In this document: in pieces, positions 52,908 to 64,000 of the stretch | Layout: each line of letters opens with the position of its first letter | How positions within the stretch are numbered: position 1 is the stretch's first letter | From: Octopus sinensis | Taxonomy: Eukaryota | Direction: 5' to 3' | DNA length: 64,000 bases | Assembly: GCF_006345805.1 (NCBI RefSeq) | Contig: NC_043015.1 | Location: 3,038,001-3,102,000 of the forward strand | Made by a program: the position numbers and the translations under genes | Notes under the pieces: generated by a model | Told to the model about the DNA's origin: nothing | Database searches by the model: none | What the model saw: only the letters and a program-made list of their open reading frames with translations

Positions 52908-55380
52908 TCATTAATCTGAGTTTATGACAACATATCTTTCTACCATAGACAATTTACATTGCTTTGTTCCATTGAGATAAGGTCTACGAGTTTCCACCTG
53001 ATGTTAAACGATTTAAGTTATTCCTTTAGGCGCCATACATATGCTGCGTGTGTTGTATAGCGTCTCTCCCGCACACTGAAAGAAGATGTATGGTTGCTCA
53101 GACGAATTTAAACTTTGGCTTCAAAAAATCCGACATAAATTTTAGTTTGTGTCCATGCGAAGGCATTTTTGTTACTGTTATTTGTGCTGCTTCTATTTGA
53201 GGTGTTACTTCGGCCCTCCACTGGGCATTAATTTCTAATCCTGCATGAACAACCAATTCTTCTTCGTGGTGTAGGAGTGCTGAGTAATTTTTTCGCAATA
53301 TTGAGTACGGAAATGAAAGATAACCTTAGATTATATCTGTTAAAGATCCTCCTATATTTGTGGGAAATGCTTATCCATTAACCTAAGAATACTCTTAGCT
53401 GCGTTTGTCTGGACGTTTAGAGAGTAGGCGGGTGCGAACCATTAAGTCTTGTGAATCCAAATTGTAAATTCGCCTAAACAATCACAGACCTTATTTCAAG
53501 TTGCCAATGAGAGGCAATGCAATGGTATTCGCGGTATATGTATGACTCTTAAAGGATGATCATACGTCATTTAACGTCAGGTGGTAATTATTAGAAACAC
53601 ATAGACCACATCGCAATTGAACGACGCTATTTAAATTGTTTATGGCGGGAGAGTATATCATCCTAATGGACTAATTTGAGACAAGAAGCCACCTATAATC
53701 CAGAAAGAAAGACACTGGGTGTTGTCGACATTTTCCGAAATTTTAAATTCTAAATTGGTATACATAGCTACGAAGCAGAGGGAGAAACCTTGATCGGCCA
53801 TAATTTGTAACGTGAATTTTCCTTCTGCTATCACCGACGTTCTTCTGTTTTTAAAAACATCTTTTCTCAAGAATAGACATTTTTTTTAAAGAAACTGATA
53901 ATATATCAAGTTCACACTAGATATGAAACCAATGGTATTTCTCTGAATTTGTTAGGTTACACACATAGAAGTAAAATAAAAGAAATCGTTTTATTTATTT
54001 TAAAGTATGCTCTTTCTGACTTATAACGGAGATATATACATACACACACACACTCACACATATATATATATATATATTTATATATTAAATATACCACATA
54101 TATATATATGTATATGTACACATGAATCTACATTCATATTTTCATATATGTATACTTACGGTAATGCCTATCATTTTAGAAATGCTCTAAAAGTAGATTT
54201 AAAATGACTAACATCAGCAAAATCAATTTGTTTTGTGAATGAAAATTTCAGCAACATAAATAAGAAATATCATGCTTTAATGCATGTGTAGGGAGACCAC
54301 TTTAAAAATATCAGTGCATTATTAGGTATTATTTCTTCCTGGAATATAGGAATAAGTGTGCGTAGTATTTTGCGTATTTGTGGGGTTTTTAATACATGGA
54401 GGCGGAAAATATCGTAGTAATGAACTATTTGAGAAACACGTGTAGAAACGAACACTTAGAAAATATAAAAGAACGTTATAAATATCAACTCAGATATAAT
54501 GAGAGCTTCGCACGTGCTTGTCAGTCAATTTGCTTATGGTATATACGTAAGTTACTGAAAGAAGTGAGAAAGAATATTCTGGAAATATGCTCTTCAATTT
54601 GGAGCCTCCGAATGCCGTGCCATTTTCGAAGTAAAGAGAAAAAAAAAGCATTCAGTAAATATGTATATTTTGTAAAATATTGCAACTTCTCGAACCTGGT
54701 TTTCCATTAAGATTCCTGGGAGACGCCCTTTCACGTAGCTAATAGGAATATGAATGATATAGTATAGTGTTTCTGACAGTTTGAGTGACAAATACGGCCT
54801 CGATTAAGCACAGCAATAGCTTCGATATTCTTTTCTTTCAGATGGAAGCTCTTTAGTGCATAATTCAATAAGGGATGCCGGGCGAAGCTATTTCACTTAC
54901 CGAACACACTGAGTGCAAAGATGCATAAAGTTGTGTCGCAAATAGAACAAAAGAGAAACGATGCTAAACTTTGCTTTAAGAGGTTTCTTGAGTAAGATTC
55001 CGAAACAGATTTTTACAAATGATGTGAATAATATAAATGGTATATCCAATACCTTTGTGTCCATAGGAATATATATACAGATTTGTGATGTGCCGAAAAA
55101 AATGTCTGTAGTGTTATATTGTTCGTAAAATATATATGCATTTCTCACGAAAATAAACACATACGTAAATCTTGTTTTCACAATAGCTGCATGGATAGTA
55201 AATAAATACTATTTACGGGAAACGTCTTCAATTTTGGCATAACTGCAGAACTATATACAGAATACCAAGGAAGTCTTAAATGTTCAAATATCTTATGGAG
55301 AGTGTGTCCGAAATTATACAATATATAATGTAAGTAGCAATACAGATACAGTAAAGATATATAGTAAAGATATATAGTTA

Positions 55381-55610
55381 AGGCGGCGAACTGGTAGAAA
55401 CGTTAGCACACCGGACGAAATTCGTAGCCGTATTTCGTCTGCCGTTACGTTCTGAGTTCAAATTCCGCCGAGGTCGACTTTGCCTTTTATCCTTTCGGGA
55501 TCGATAAATTAAGTACCAGTTACGCACTGAGTCGATGTAATCGACTTGATCCGTTTGTCTATCGTTATCTGTCCCCTCTATGTTTAGCCCCTTATGGGTA
55601 GTAAAGAAAA
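55381..55610 (+). mobile_element. Family B SINE, full length
   Basis: aggcggcgaactggtagaaacgttagcacaccggacgaaa...gagttcaaattccgccgaggtcgactttgcc...gtagtaaagaaa. Confidence 0.9.
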
Positions 55611-55681
55611 AGATATATAGTAAAGATTATTTACTTTATTTACAATTGACAGATTTTTGTTATCATCTTGTTTGTTGTTAA

Positions 55682-55720
55682 CACAATGTTTCGGCTGGTA
55701 TACCCTCCAGCCTTCATCAG
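55682..55720 (-). ncRNA. Penelope-type hammerhead remnant
   Basis: Minus strand CTGATGA-A-GGCTGG-agggtata-CCAGCC-GAAAC-ATTGTG; perfect 6-bp helix II but helix I not formed. Confidence 0.55.
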
Positions 55721-55791
55721 GTGTCTTGGGAAAATTTCGAACCAGGGTTCACATTCCTAAGGAATTTTACGATGGTGTTGTTGTTATCGTA

Positions 55792-55860
<69 letters not shown>

Positions 55861-55889
55861 CACACACGCATATATATATATACATACAT

Positions 55890-55921
<32 letters not shown>

Positions 55922-56230
55922 GTGTGTGTGTGTTTGTGTGTGTATATGTGTATGTATGTATTGGCCGCCAACACTTTTCTGCAAAATAGGGGTAGTTTAT
56001 CTTGCTCATGACATATTATTAGCATTATCCTGTGTTTCAGGATTAAAAAAAATACTTCTTTAACTTTCTAAGACAACTCAACACTTCCAAAGGCAGAACT
56101 TCCTTTGTTTGTGTACTTTCATCGTGACGTGGATTTATACACGCACACACAGACACACATATATATGTATTTGTATATATATATATATATATATATATAA
56201 ATATGTACACACATACACACACATACACAT

Positions 56231-56362
<132 letters not shown>

Positions 56363-57653
56363 TATATATATATACAGCGTTGTAAACCAAGTGTGATCAT
56401 TTTTTTCGCATCATAAAACGTCTGAATTTAGAAGTTTTCTATAGCATATGCATCTCACCTACATGTATTTCGCCTTCAGTGACTTCACATTGCTTGGTAT
56501 GCGATTATGCATTCTAGTAATTTCAATTGCTTAAAGGCTACTTGACCCACGACGTTTTCAACGCGAAATATTTTTTTTTTAAATGAATTATGCGTTGGCA
56601 TTTAGTTGAATGAAATACTGTTACACTTCATATTCGATAGAGTGCTGCTTTTGTAATCATCTGGCTTTGTATTACACATAAAGCGTGGTTTTAAAAATAT
56701 TTTCTGAGATTTAAATTAATTGAAATAGCTTTCTGCATATATTGCTGTATGAAGTTCATTATATGTCCAGAGGTATTTCCATTTTGGGGTATTTAAACCT
56801 ACTTTTAATATTATCATTATTATTATTAGAGGTTAAATATATGCGTGACTGCCACTCCCGTGTGGACTTCTGCAGTTGCAAGGGACAATTCACTAACATC
56901 ATCAGCTGGCAAGATTTCTTTGGGTGCAGATCCATAGCCTATCAAGACCGACATATCACTACTACTACTACTACTACTACTAGTACTACTACTACTACCA
57001 CTACTACTATTACTACTACTCCTCCTACTACTACTACTACTACTACAACTACTAATACTACTATTTTCCCTATCAATATCATTTATTATATTAATCATTA
57101 TCGTAACTCGTATAATTGCTATGGATAGTGACCTCTGTTTCTTTAAATCGTTTAATGTATATTTTTTTCTTAAATGTGGACATCTTAAAATATGCTCCTG
57201 TCTCGTGTTTATAAGAGAAAATATAGAAGTGAAGCTTTGGTACATTTCTTACACACAAAGATAACGTCTACTCTCTCCTATTCTATAAGGTTTCACTTTA
57301 CTAATTACTTTCCAGGCAATCGATTATACTCTGTTACTATCTTTTTTAATCAAATTCCTTTACTAAGGATCCCAGTATTCATTCTGTTTGTATATGTACA
57401 AGTTAAATGATTGGCACTTCATTAACGTCCGCTAAATCCGATGTAAGAATACTCTCTAGTCTCCCCGATAAACTAATATATGTATGAGATATTTTTATAC
57501 ATACAATTAGATTTAAGCGGGCAAACTATGTTCATTGTACAATCACATTCGATTGTTCTACTACCTCCATTAAGAGCGTCCGTTTCAGTTTCACAAACGG
57601 TTATTTCTACATTCTGCCGTTTAACATCCAACATATTGCTCTTTCCCACACAG

Positions 57654-57724
57654 ACAACATTGTGGGCACTACCTATTCTAGGATTCATACACTTCCACTT
57701 CCAGGCTTATACGCGTGTTTTTCG
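57654..57724 (+). CDS. Candidate isolated exon (71 nt)
   Basis: Acceptor ttgctctttcccacacAG, donor TCG|GTAAGT; two open frames; no recognisable homology. Confidence 0.25.
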
Positions 57725-58533
57725 GTAAGTTTCCATTTTATTGGTTGTAAAACCATAGTTCCAATCCTGATGTCTATATCGGACACTCATTAATCTATAG
57801 TTATAATTCTGGTAACTATTATTGCTATTATTTATATGGACACTAGCGCTGTGTGCAGCTATAACTTGTGCTAGATTTTTATTGTTAGAACAGGCTACTC
57901 TAACGTTGAGTTTATTACATATTCTGTATTATTTACTGCTTTTGGAAAATGTTTAGCTAAAGCAGAATAAAACAATTCAGGTATATTGGGAATTATTTGT
58001 TTCCCGAATGGCATTATGTGCTATTCGATATTGCTAGAGCTATCAATGTTATAGGGTTGTGTACATTTATTTCTACCTACGCTTATTGTAAAAGTGTTTA
58101 ACCTATTTACGTGTTTATTTTTTTTATTTCGGCATGTGTTTGCAGGTAGATATGTCATTTATTTGCGTAGGAACCTCTAGAATGCATAATTGTATACAAA
58201 GCAATGTGCAGTTGCTGCAGGCGAAACATATATATGTCAGATATATATGCTGTAGAAAACATTTAAATAAAGAAAATCTTAGGTTGTGGCCAAAAGTTCC
58301 CTTCAAGTCTTCGTTATGAACGTAATTAAATATTCTACAAAATATTTTCAATTACGAATTGAATTACTTAACGAGTTTAATTTATCAGCACAATAGATCT
58401 TTCGAAGTTTGAGTACTATATGAAGGACTGTTGTGGGTTGCTGGTTTCTAAACTAATTTGAGATATAATACTGTATCAGCCAGGATAACGTATCCGTTTT
58501 ATAGACCCTTTTTCCCTCCCTCCTTCATCTCTT

Positions 58534-58630
<97 letters not shown>

Positions 58631-58879
58631 AAGTTAAACACAAAGAGAATACGCAACAACGGGAGGACGTAGAACATGTATAGTGTTATGATCATGAGAT
58701 TTTCAGTATAGAAGACAGTAATGTTGAAAAGATTGAATCTTAGACTCTCATATCTTTAGAGTGCTTTAGTTTAACAGAGTAAAGGGTGGCTTTAAGTAGG
58801 ATCAAGTTGAACTGATACAAAGGCAATTATACGGATAAAAAATTAAGATATATTAAATATAACAGTTTGGTTACGAAAG

Positions 58880-58915
<36 letters not shown>

Positions 58916-59329
58916 GTATACTTGCAAAATGGGAGAAATCGAAACGTCGAGATTTTCAGGCGATGACTATTAAAGTATGGATACATAGATATATTTATAC
59001 TAATGGATCCAACTTACACAGGGTACACTGATAAAATTAAAGTGTTGAACTAAAGGCATTTTAAGTCCAACAACTGTTTCTTGAGGCTCGGAAAGTCATC
59101 GAAAATTTGGTAGAAGTAGTTCATCAGTTGTCAGTTGTGTTGGGTCCGTGTAATTGTGGCAATGTTTGGTGATAATATTTGTAGAGTTATTGGAATTTGA
59201 GATAGTGAGAAAAGGAATGGGACTATAGTTGAAGAACCGAAAGTCAGTAATTCCGTGGGAAATGGAGATTGTTGAGGTATTTAAAAAGTTATGCGTAAAG
59301 ATATAGGGTCGTTGTGAGTTAGTGGTCAA

Positions 59330-59555
59330 TATAAAGGAGCACCCCTTCGGTCACGGCGACGAGGCTTCCAGCTCGTAAATCAACGGAACAGCTTGCTCGT
59401 GAAATTAACGTGCAAGTACCTGCGCACTCCACAGACACATACATATTTAATATAGATCTCAGGGAGATTCAGCGTGGACTGGAGCAACGTGAAATAAAGT
59501 GTCTTGATAAAGGACACATCTCGTTGCCAGGAATTGAACTCACGATCTTACGATC
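59330..59555 (-). mobile_element. tRNA-derived SINE remnant, family 'D'
   Basis: ccaggaattgaactcacgatc (reverse-complement B-box GAGTTCAATTCC) and gcttgctcgtgaaattaacgtgcaagt body, recalled as an octopus SINE. Confidence 0.65.
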
Positions 59556-61529
59556 AATATAACAGTAGCACGAACGTCTATAATCACATTATTTGCAAAT
59601 ATGCTTGCTGAATATATTCGAATTTACTGTGGCCGTCATCTATTCAATATGTTGCATTCAATATGGGACGAATCTGTGTGACATATGTTTGTTAATAAAC
59701 TTTATTGATCGTATACCATGTACTTTGTGCTATTTATAAAAGCTGCAACTCTGTTCGCAGTTAATCAATTGCCTGTACGCAATCGTTTTTAGTCTTACTA
59801 CTTTCGAATATCACGTAGATAATATCACTGAATTTAAAATTCTAAACACCAGTGATCGAATCCTTTGCAACATCAACAGAAAGTAAAGCCAGGACGTATT
59901 CAATATCTGCTTAGGACCGTGTTTCAGTATCTTTGTATAAGCTTATGATTTTGTGCTGTGCATTTTTCTGGCGATAATACACTTAAGTTTGCCCAAATCC
60001 TGAGGCGATTTTTCAAAAAGCCACCTATTTATAAAACCATTTTGCCTTTTTTTATTCCAAGTCATACAAGCAAACAATGATAATCCAAAGTTTGCATAGA
60101 GTAGGCTATTACTCATTTCATCTTCATAAAAATTACGAGAATCTTACTCTTTTCCCAATCCATATCCCGATATTGGATTGTACACAAGAAATCTATAACA
60201 GTGTTTGCAGTTCTACTCATGATGCATCGATGTAGAAACACGTAATGATAATTTGCCAATGTATTGCCCAGTGAATACAACCACGATTCCTTGTCGAGTG
60301 TTTGATCTCACGAGTGCCCCAACACGTCATCCGAGATGAAACGCAAAGTTTGTAGCAGGTTTTATCTACTCAAACAATGATTCCAACAGCAGTTAAAGCT
60401 TAAAATATATCGGTAGTTGAGGTATATTATCATAACTCGAAACACTGATGACGGTTTTCTCGCCAGTATTTGATCAAACAGCAGCAAATGAAGATGCAAC
60501 ATATGAAGTCGGATTGCAAGCAGTGGAGCGTGGTAATGAATCCATGATAAATTAGGAGACTTCATTAAGTTACATGTGTAATCCCTTATTGAAACCCTTG
60601 CCGAGTTACTTTGAAGACACAAGGTGATTTGCAGTCCATTATTTATTAATCCTTCATATGAACTTTTTATATGCAGTTTCGTTATACTGAATAACTTTCA
60701 TCATTAACAGATATCTGCTTCTGAAAGAACCAGAATAGTTACGACTGCAAATTTTCGTATCCTGATGTCGAACATAGAAATAAACGTAAAATTGATCGAG
60801 ATTGAAATGAATATATCAGCTACTAATACTTTGATGCTTTGAGGGGTTCAATGACATATAACTGATATATTGCGTTATCGAAATATAATATCAGATCCGT
60901 TAATACAAATTAACGACCAAAAGTCATTGACATTATATGATAATATACGCAACTTAAAAAAAAATAGCGTATAAATGCCTTTGATTATTGTCTCAAATTA
61001 AATAGCAAGTATAGTAAAGCAGATGTTGAATTTAAATCTCGAATTTAGTATCTAAATTGATATCGGTTTGCAAGTAGATGCTTCTCGGAACAATCATGGT
61101 CGAACTCGTATTTCTCCAATCTTCTTAAACTTACGTTGGGAGTAAAATTTAGTAGGTACACCTTGTTTGAAATCTGGTAAGCCAACTGTTGCCATTAAAA
61201 TTCAATAATTTTATTTGAAAACTGCAAAACGCTCCCTATCTAGACAAAGAGTTCCTATGTCAGACTGCACTGTGTTTCAGTCATTTGTGTGGGATCTCTT
61301 TTCACAGCAAGATGTGCCTCGTTTTCAACATAAATCTAGAAGACGTTTAAAATTGCCATATAGAAGAGGTTTCATTAAACATTTCGCAAGATACACTTCT
61401 GATTATCAAAAGAAACAGACCTTGTATAGGAATAATTATACATGTCTCTACAAGTCACGTTGTAAATTGCAGCTTTCCACTAGTATTCGGTTGTCCTTTA
61501 CGGCTGCTGAATTGGAATAAAGTGTTATG

Positions 61530-62583
61530 TTATAATGGAATCAGTTAAACGCCAGTTTCTTATACTTGAAAAGTCGTACACCAAAAGAGACTTACGATGA
61601 GATGGTATCGTCATTTCACATGCGTTTGGACATCAGTGGAAATTGTTATTCCTAGTCGACCTCATTCCGCCATTGATGACGACTTCATCCATAAGATGGA
61701 AATCGCCATTTTGGGGGATGACCACAAAACTATTCGAAAACTAGCCCAAGCGGTGCTAGTAAGCGTAGGGTCCGTGGAAGAAAATCATTAACTACTATTT
61801 GCACATAAGAAAGTTGTCTACATGGTGGATTCCCTCGATGCTCATCCCTATTCAGAAGGAGGGGCTTGTCAATTGGCCTGAGGCTAAGTTGGCAATATTC
61901 CAAGAGAACGAGGAGGAAGGTTTCGACAGACTTATTATACAGAATAAAATATGGATTCATCACAATGTTCCTGAGATTAAAGTCCATTCGAACCAATGGA
62001 AGCCTGATAACTTACCACCTCCATAGAATGCTTTTATCCAACTCCCAGTAAGCAAAGTAATTCTCACAGTGTTTTTGGTCCCAGTGCGGAGTAGATATGA
62101 TGGATCTTCTGGTAAGGGGAACGAAAATTAATGGGACATATTATACTTCTCTGCTAATGATGTTCCGAGACGCCATCAATGATGGGATGCGTTGCATGCT
62201 GACCAAAGTAGTTCGCCTCCTCAAAGACAACACCCCAGTTCACAATGCACATGTTGCACAGATGAAAGCACACTCCTGCAGTAATGAAATCCTGTCTCAT
62301 AACCCTTACTCTCCAGACCACGTACCATCTAACTTCATTCTCTTTCCAAACGCAAAGTATTTTTAGAACGAGAAGCTATTTTCGGATGATGTTGAACTTA
62401 CATCCGCAGTAATTTCTTAGCTCCGGACGCAACCTACATATTTCTACAGACGTGGAATTCACAGATGCATAAATCGATGCAATAAGTGTGTCACCATTGG
62501 TGGTGGTTAGGTAGAGAACGAGTAAGTTTCGTTTATTCTAGTGCTTTGAACGTGTGTCAGAAGCTCTTCAGAAACACCGCTCG
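61530..62583 (+). mobile_element. Degenerate near-full-length mariner (DD34D-type) transposon
   Basis: MESVKRQ..YLKSRTPKETYDEMV; PSRPHSAIDDDFIHKMEIAILGDDHKTIRKLAQAVLVSVGSV; LHIRKLSTWWIPSML (WVPHEL-like); WIHHNVPE; KDNTPVHNA; HNPYSPDHVPSNFILFP (YSPDLAP); 3' TIR ...cagaaacaccgctcg|TA at 62583; 5' TIR not recognised. Confidence 0.88.
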
Positions 62584-63182
62584 TATATTGGTCCTCCGAA
62601 AAACTATTAAGTGGTGACATAACGTACATTAGCCTGTTACATATTTCAGTGGAGAAAGTAGGATGAATACACTGATATAGAATATAACGTCCTGGTGTAA
62701 ATAAATTTCAAACAATTGTAAGTAATGCCATGTTGGGCTGCATTTATGCATTTACAGATATAAGACCATAAAATTATATATGAGTTTTCTGTGGACATTA
62801 AGAATTATAATTCTACTCTGGATAATAAAGTTAAAATAATTAACTCCGTGTGGAAATTATTTTCTGCAAACATTCGGGCTTTGTTGTTATATATTCTGTC
62901 GATAATTTACTAATATACACGGAAGCAAATTCAATATGTAAATTACGCTGAAGGAGGAAGCATAATCGCATTAGCTAAGAAATTTCTATTACGTCATATA
63001 TGATATGGGGAAAAATCGGTTACAACTGTAATACATTCAAAGGTGTTTAATATTTCAAACAAAATATAGGGAGAATAAGTGTTGCGAATTTTATTGATTT
63101 ATGAAAATTTATCGAACTTTAGACAGAATCACATGTGATCTTGTTTGCATATATGTAAGTATGTATTCATGTATATATATAT

Positions 63183-63241
<59 letters not shown>

Positions 63242-63359
63242 ATACACACGGAAATAATAGTGACATTAAACAGAAAGAGTACCCGAGGACAAGGAATGTA
63301 AGATACAGTGGCACATTATAATTCAATGTGACACCCTCAAAGAAAAGGAAATTATGCAT

Positions 63360-63600
63360 ACTGCAAAACTAGAGGTTGCACAGATAAGGAATAAGGAGCA
63401 AGAAAAGGTTGAAAAGTACAGACTACTAAAATACAAAATTGCAAGAATTAGAAGAATGTCCGTCTTCCCAGTAGTTATAGGGGACACTCAGAACAGTAAT
63501 AACTTAGTTCTAAAAATATGGCAGAGAAATTGTTTTATCACGGATCATAGCAAGCTGAAAAAAACCGCTCAGCTGGCGATACCTTGGATGTGGAGATTGG
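63360..63600 (+). pseudogene. 3' fragment of an RLE-type (R4/NeSL-like) non-LTR retrotransposon
   Basis: IRNKEQEKVEKYRLLKYKIARIRRMSVFPVVIG..LKKTAQL matches the restriction-like endonuclease C-terminus KE.EK.EKY..LK.EI..LW.M..V.PVVIGALG..LQKTA.LG. Confidence 0.8.
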
Positions 63601-63857
63601 ATTATGTTGTTGTCTTCTTTTATTAAGTGCGTTCTTCAAATTACTTCTCGTACAGCCCTGTGTCACTTGAACAGGCACAGCATTGTTTTATTGTTGAATG
63701 GCCTCTCGGTTAATTAACAACGAAGTATGAATGCTTATAAAGTGCGGAAGGAGTCAATTTTTGACACCTGACAACAGGATGCTATCCACTCTCACGGAAT
63801 CAACACGAACAAACAAGAGCTAGCGTTCTGAGTATTATAAAACAGTTAAACAACTAC

Positions 63858-63889
<32 letters not shown>

Positions 63890-63911
63890 TAATAATAATA
63901 ACAATAATAAA

Positions 63912-64000
<89 letters not shown>
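63858..64000. repeat. (AAT)n microsatellite running off the window end
   Basis: Directly visible. Confidence 0.97.

Noticed and set aside
53098-53298. 66-aa non-repetitive ORF (LLHHEEELVVHAGLEINAQW...) on the minus strand; likewise short open frames at ~23820-23940, ~24879-25046 and ~29850-30030
   Set aside because: No recognisable homology or consistent splice chain; within chance expectation.
60438-60470. GAAAC-a-CTGATGA as a possible type III hammerhead
   Set aside because: No room for helices I and III between the motifs and no helix II partner.

Overview
Very AT-rich, microsatellite-laden eukaryotic non-coding DNA, almost certainly octopus (coleoid cephalopod), judged from recalled SINE families and the density of (TA)n/(AAT)n/(GAT)n tracts. 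No host gene can be confidently identified; there are only a few isolated exon-like segments, and nearly all ORFs in the track are microsatellite read-throughs. The window is mostly transposon debris: an internally deleted Ty3/Gypsy element, a Helitron N-terminal fragment, three Tc1/mariner-superfamily remnants, RTE and RLE-type LINE 3' fragments, a MITE and about a dozen SINEs. The main result is a hammerhead-ribozyme (HHR) system. (1) A ~480-bp tandem array at 20063-22531 carries a well-formed type I HHR in every complete unit (5 copies; CUGACGA...GAAA core, AUA cleavage triplet), i.e. a retrozyme-like element predicted to give ~480-nt monomeric/circular RNAs. It is arranged as an inverted block plus a direct block inside a (TA)n tract. 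(2) A young, 5'-truncated Penelope-like element (Naiad-like RT C-terminus plus GIY-YIG endonuclease) at 46351-51612 has ~1.16-kb inverted terminal repeats, each holding an HHR with an unusually long helix II. (3) Several further fold-back structures and fossil HHR motifs are scattered through the window. Many single-base indels between near-identical copies suggest residual long-read error, so frameshifts should be treated cautiously.
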